From contig JALWJW010000446.1 of NCBI GenBank assembly GCA_026996935.1, positions 1-31,186 of the forward strand: DNA of 31,186 nt, in the 5' to 3' direction. Positions 28,339 to 31,186 of the stretch are shown piece by piece. Origin of the DNA: Hyphomicrobiales bacterium (GTDB lineage: Bacteria > Pseudomonadota > Alphaproteobacteria > Rhizobiales > Aestuariivirgaceae). The translations under genes and the position numbers were made by a program. The notes under the pieces are model-generated. The model was not told the DNA's origin. It saw only the letters and a program-made list of their open reading frames with translations, and did no database searches. Position 1 is the first letter of the stretch; each line of letters starts with the position of its first letter.

Positions 28339-29489
28339 TTGACTAGTTTCCTGTTTTTAAAGCTGTGGTAAAGGCGCTTGATATGATCGCGAGCTGACAG
28401 GTGGAATGATTTAAGTGTAACAATAACTTTAAAGAGCAATTCGCTTGTGTTTGGTGTGGCAATTAGAACGTCGGCAATCTGGATACGATCACGCCAAATG
28501 TTATTAATCATCGGGTGGTCTGCATCGGCGCTTGAATCAACCAGTTCAATTGGACGGTTGTTAAGAAAATCCTTTGTTGCATCCAGAATGACAAGCACAC
28601 CGGGTGAGAATTGTGATTTTGTTTCATCAAAGGCCATTTTGCCGAGCCAAGCCTGATTGTTCTCCATAAATCCAAACAGTGAAGCGATTACTTTTCCGTT
28701 AAGTGTTATCTTCCAGAACAGTAACGATCCATTTTGAGCCATTTGCTCCACAGCCTGGCGCAATTGACCCTCTTGGGCTTTGTTACAAGCAATTGCTGTG
28801 CCGTTTTTGCCTTTCCAGCCGGATTTTTCTAAAACCAAGAACTCATCAAGCCATGGTGTGACAGGCATGGAGCTGTCCCATGTGGTTGAAACGAGCTGGC
28901 CCAAATCTGATAAACGGTTGCGAATGCGGCGATATTCTTTTTTGCGTTTGCGAGAGAAGTTTTTGTTGAACCAGGTATTATAGTCTGTTGTGCACTTTAG
29001 CGCGGCGCGTTCATGGATATGATATCGGGCAAAACGCATGGTTGAGGAGGGTGAAAGCTTTTCTATGACTTGATCCAGGTCGGGGCTTTGTTGGACTTTT
29101 TTTAAAAAAACAGCTTTGGTATTGTGCTTTTCTTCACACTTGGACAAGAGGGCTTTAAGAGCTTTTTCCGGTTGGTTTTTGTCTAACAGGGGAGTGCCAG
29201 AAAACAGGAAGCCAGTGTCCCATGTTGTTGATAGTTTGAGTGGAAATAATGGCACTATTGCTTGGGGTGCAAGGCCAGCTATTGCAATGGGTTGTTTTCG
29301 ATCAGCAATGATGATTTCGCGATTATTGGCCGTGCTCAAATGGTTTGACTGGGCCGTAAGCCAGATGCGGTTGTGCGCAAATGCGGGGATAAGACAGTTT
29401 TGCGACAAGTGATCCCACTGGTCTTCAAATGGCGTGTTTTCAGGAAAGCCTGTTCCTGTTCGTTTGTTTTGATTAGGCTGGGTTAGCAT
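28335..29489 (-). CDS. CelD/BcsL-like GNAT acyltransferase
   Basis: SRKRKKEYRRIRNRLSDLG, FLVLEKSGWKG, KMAFDETKSQFSPGVLV and DSSADADHPMI are typical of this double-GNAT family. Confidence 0.85.
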   Translation of the reverse strand: MLTQPNQNKRTGTGFPENTPFEDQWDHLSQNCLIPAFAHNRIWLTAQSNHLSTANNREIIIADRKQPIAIAGLAPQAIVPLFPLKLSTTWDTGFLFSGTPLLDKNQPEKALKALLSKCEEKHNTKAVFLKKVQQSPDLDQVIEKLSPSSTMRFARYHIHERAALKCTTDYNTWFNKNFSRKRKKEYRRIRNRLSDLGQLVSTTWDSSMPVTPWLDEFLVLEKSGWKGKNGTAIACNKAQEGQLRQAVEQMAQNGSLLFWKITLNGKVIASLFGFMENNQAWLGKMAFDETKSQFSPGVLVILDATKDFLNNRPIELVDSSADADHPMINNIWRDRIQIADVLIATPNTSELLFKVIVTLKSFHLSARDHIKRLYHSFKNRKLVK

Positions 29490-30867
29490 CTTCTTTTTCC
29501 CTAATCATTTTATCATTCTGAATTTTGACGTTGTCATTGAGAACGCGATGGGCGGTGACAGTAAGCAAAACAGCTTCAACAATAAATGAGAGTGCGGTAG
29601 AAGCTGCTGCACCTAACAGGCCGTATCTTGGGATAAGCAGAAGATTAAAGGCGATGTTAATTGCAACGGCCGCGCCCATGGTGATTGCGGCTATGTTTTG
29701 TTGACCTGTTGCAATCATTAAACCTTGCAGGGGGCCGGCAAGTGAACGGGCCAGCAAGCCGATGACCAGAATAAACATTGTCGAGTAACCGGCCGTAAAT
29801 TCCGGGCCAAACAGCCATAAAATGGGTTTGCCTAAAAGCAGCAGGCCAAAGCCTCCAATTAGCGAGGGGATAAAGGTCCACATCCGGGTTTGTTTGAAAA
29901 ACCGCTTTAATTCAATATTGTCACCAGAAGAGTAAAGGGTTGAAAATTTTTGTGTTACAGCAGCAGTGACTGAAAAATGAACAAATGCAATGAGCGCGAT
30001 TGTGCGTGCGGCGGCAAAATAAATGGCGATCTGATCTGGTGTTACATATAGATCAAGCAAGATGATATCCATATTGGTCATCATTAAAGCAAAGCTTTCA
30101 ACTGCGATGACAGGCAATGATACTTTAAGCCAAAACATGGTTTTATATTCGCGTGGGCCTTTGTGAATTTCGGCCCGCATGCGTTTTTTCTGTAAAATAT
30201 ATTGAATGACAGCGGTTATCCAGGTTGCTGCAATGGCCGAATAAACCGCAGTTTCAGCGCTTTTACTCCAGCCAATGGCTACAGAAAGGCCAATGAAGGC
30301 AAAAAGTAATATTGGGCGCAAAACATAAGGGGGGATTAGGGCCAGATCAATCCAGCCTTGTGAGCGGCCAAGGCCGTCTTGGAAATCGGTTAAGGCAAAG
30401 GCGGGTACGCAAACCAGAGCCAGTGCGGCAGGTATACGATAATAATCTGCAATTGAACCGTCTAAAAAATGCAACAGGATCAGACCGGATATGGTTGCGA
30501 TAAGCCCCATACCAAATGAGAAAACCCGGCCTGTGCGAATAAAGCCCCGTACGAGATTGGGCTGTTTCTTTTCTTGATATTCAGGCACAAAACGCACAAC
30601 ACTGGTGGCAAAGCCTGCTGCGCATAGGGTGCCTGTGATGATAATCCAAACCCAAATATAGGTAAAAACGCCGTATTCGTGGGCACCGATCCAGCGGGCG
30701 AGAAGGACTTGAGAAAGAAAAGCGATGGCAGCAGAGGCAATACGGATGGCAAATGCGGTTATGGCACCGCGCTGTGAACGTTGTGTGTCGCCATCGCCTT
30801 TTAGAACGATCTCAACCTTGCGTTGAACATTTTCCGGCAAATATTGCAATAGTTTATTAACGACCAT
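29473..30867 (-). CDS. Wzx/MOP-family polysaccharide flippase
   Basis: Many TM helices with QVLLARWIGAHEYGVF, DIILLDLYVTPDQIAIYFAAAR and NLLLIPRYGLLGAAAST. Exact start uncertain. Confidence 0.88.
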   Translation of the reverse strand: MVVNKLLQYLPENVQRKVEIVLKGDGDTQRSQRGAITAFAIRIASAAIAFLSQVLLARWIGAHEYGVFTYIWVWIIITGTLCAAGFATSVVRFVPEYQEKKQPNLVRGFIRTGRVFSFGMGLIATISGLILLHFLDGSIADYYRIPAALALVCVPAFALTDFQDGLGRSQGWIDLALIPPYVLRPILLFAFIGLSVAIGWSKSAETAVYSAIAATWITAVIQYILQKKRMRAEIHKGPREYKTMFWLKVSLPVIAVESFALMMTNMDIILLDLYVTPDQIAIYFAAARTIALIAFVHFSVTAAVTQKFSTLYSSGDNIELKRFFKQTRMWTFIPSLIGGFGLLLLGKPILWLFGPEFTAGYSTMFILVIGLLARSLAGPLQGLMIATGQQNIAAITMGAAVAINIAFNLLLIPRYGLLGAAASTALSFIVEAVLLTVTAHRVLNDNVKIQNDKMIREKEDANPA

Positions 30868-31186
30868 TTATAATCCCATCTGCTCTCATATCTGCTAGAT
30901 TGATATGAAGACGCACTTCCCATCTTGCGTTTTTCCGCGAAAACAACATCCTGTTTTGCGGCGCAATTGTTCCTTTGGTGTGAGCCTAGCGCTCAAACCT
31001 TTATAAGTTCTTGGTGATAAAGGGAGACTTGAATTGATGGTTAATAGGGGTTTTCCGGCAATAATAAATTTTAACCGGCAAAGCCACCATTGTTTAAGAA
31101 TTCAAGTTCTTGTGGTGTGGATTCACGGCCCAGAATCTTATTGCGGTGAGGAAAGCGGCCAAATTTTTTAATAATGTCGCGGTGTT

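Noticed and set aside
31110-31120. TGGATTCACGG, resembling part of a REP arm
   Set aside because: Only 10/11 bases match, with no CGTC tag, stem or partner arm.
30868-31186. Possible riboswitch or gene in the region upstream of the flippase
   Set aside because: Only short hairpins (about 30929-30961), with no recognisable aptamer consensus or supportable ORF. The region is cut by the window edge.

Overview
Chromosomal window from a fairly AT-rich alphaproteobacterium (Hyphomicrobiales/Rhizobiales-like by gene content). Left third: housekeeping genes, namely a 5'-truncated leuC, a small ExoI-like gene and the zapE-mdh-sucCD-sucAB-lpdA TCA cluster. Middle: a patchwork of a small secreted Pro/Tyr-rich protein, LysR, YeeE/YedE, an acyl-CoA synthetase, a TerB-like protein, ispG, a small cationic secreted protein, ispA and a CatA-like acetyltransferase. 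Right: two minus-strand operons. One is a tightly coupled, functionally unassigned five-gene operon (long coiled-coil protein, unknown protein, classical AAA ATPase with a non-canonical 'DD' Walker B, unknown DUF6638-like protein, membrane-anchored DUF2333-like protein), which is the best candidate for an undescribed system. The other is a Wzx-like flippase / CelD-like GNAT / JmjC-cupin polysaccharide-modification triad. Non-coding signals: two CGTC-tagged REP dimers with compensatory stem changes, an 11-bp-period operator array, a 3'-UTR hairpin with an anti-Shine-Dalgarno-like loop followed by a terminator (sRNA candidate), a LysR-box palindrome, hairpins in the sucA leader and a 16-bp tandem repeat upstream of the cat-like gene. 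No tRNA, rRNA, CRISPR array, transposase or integrase was seen. Family names come from motif recognition and memory, not database searches.
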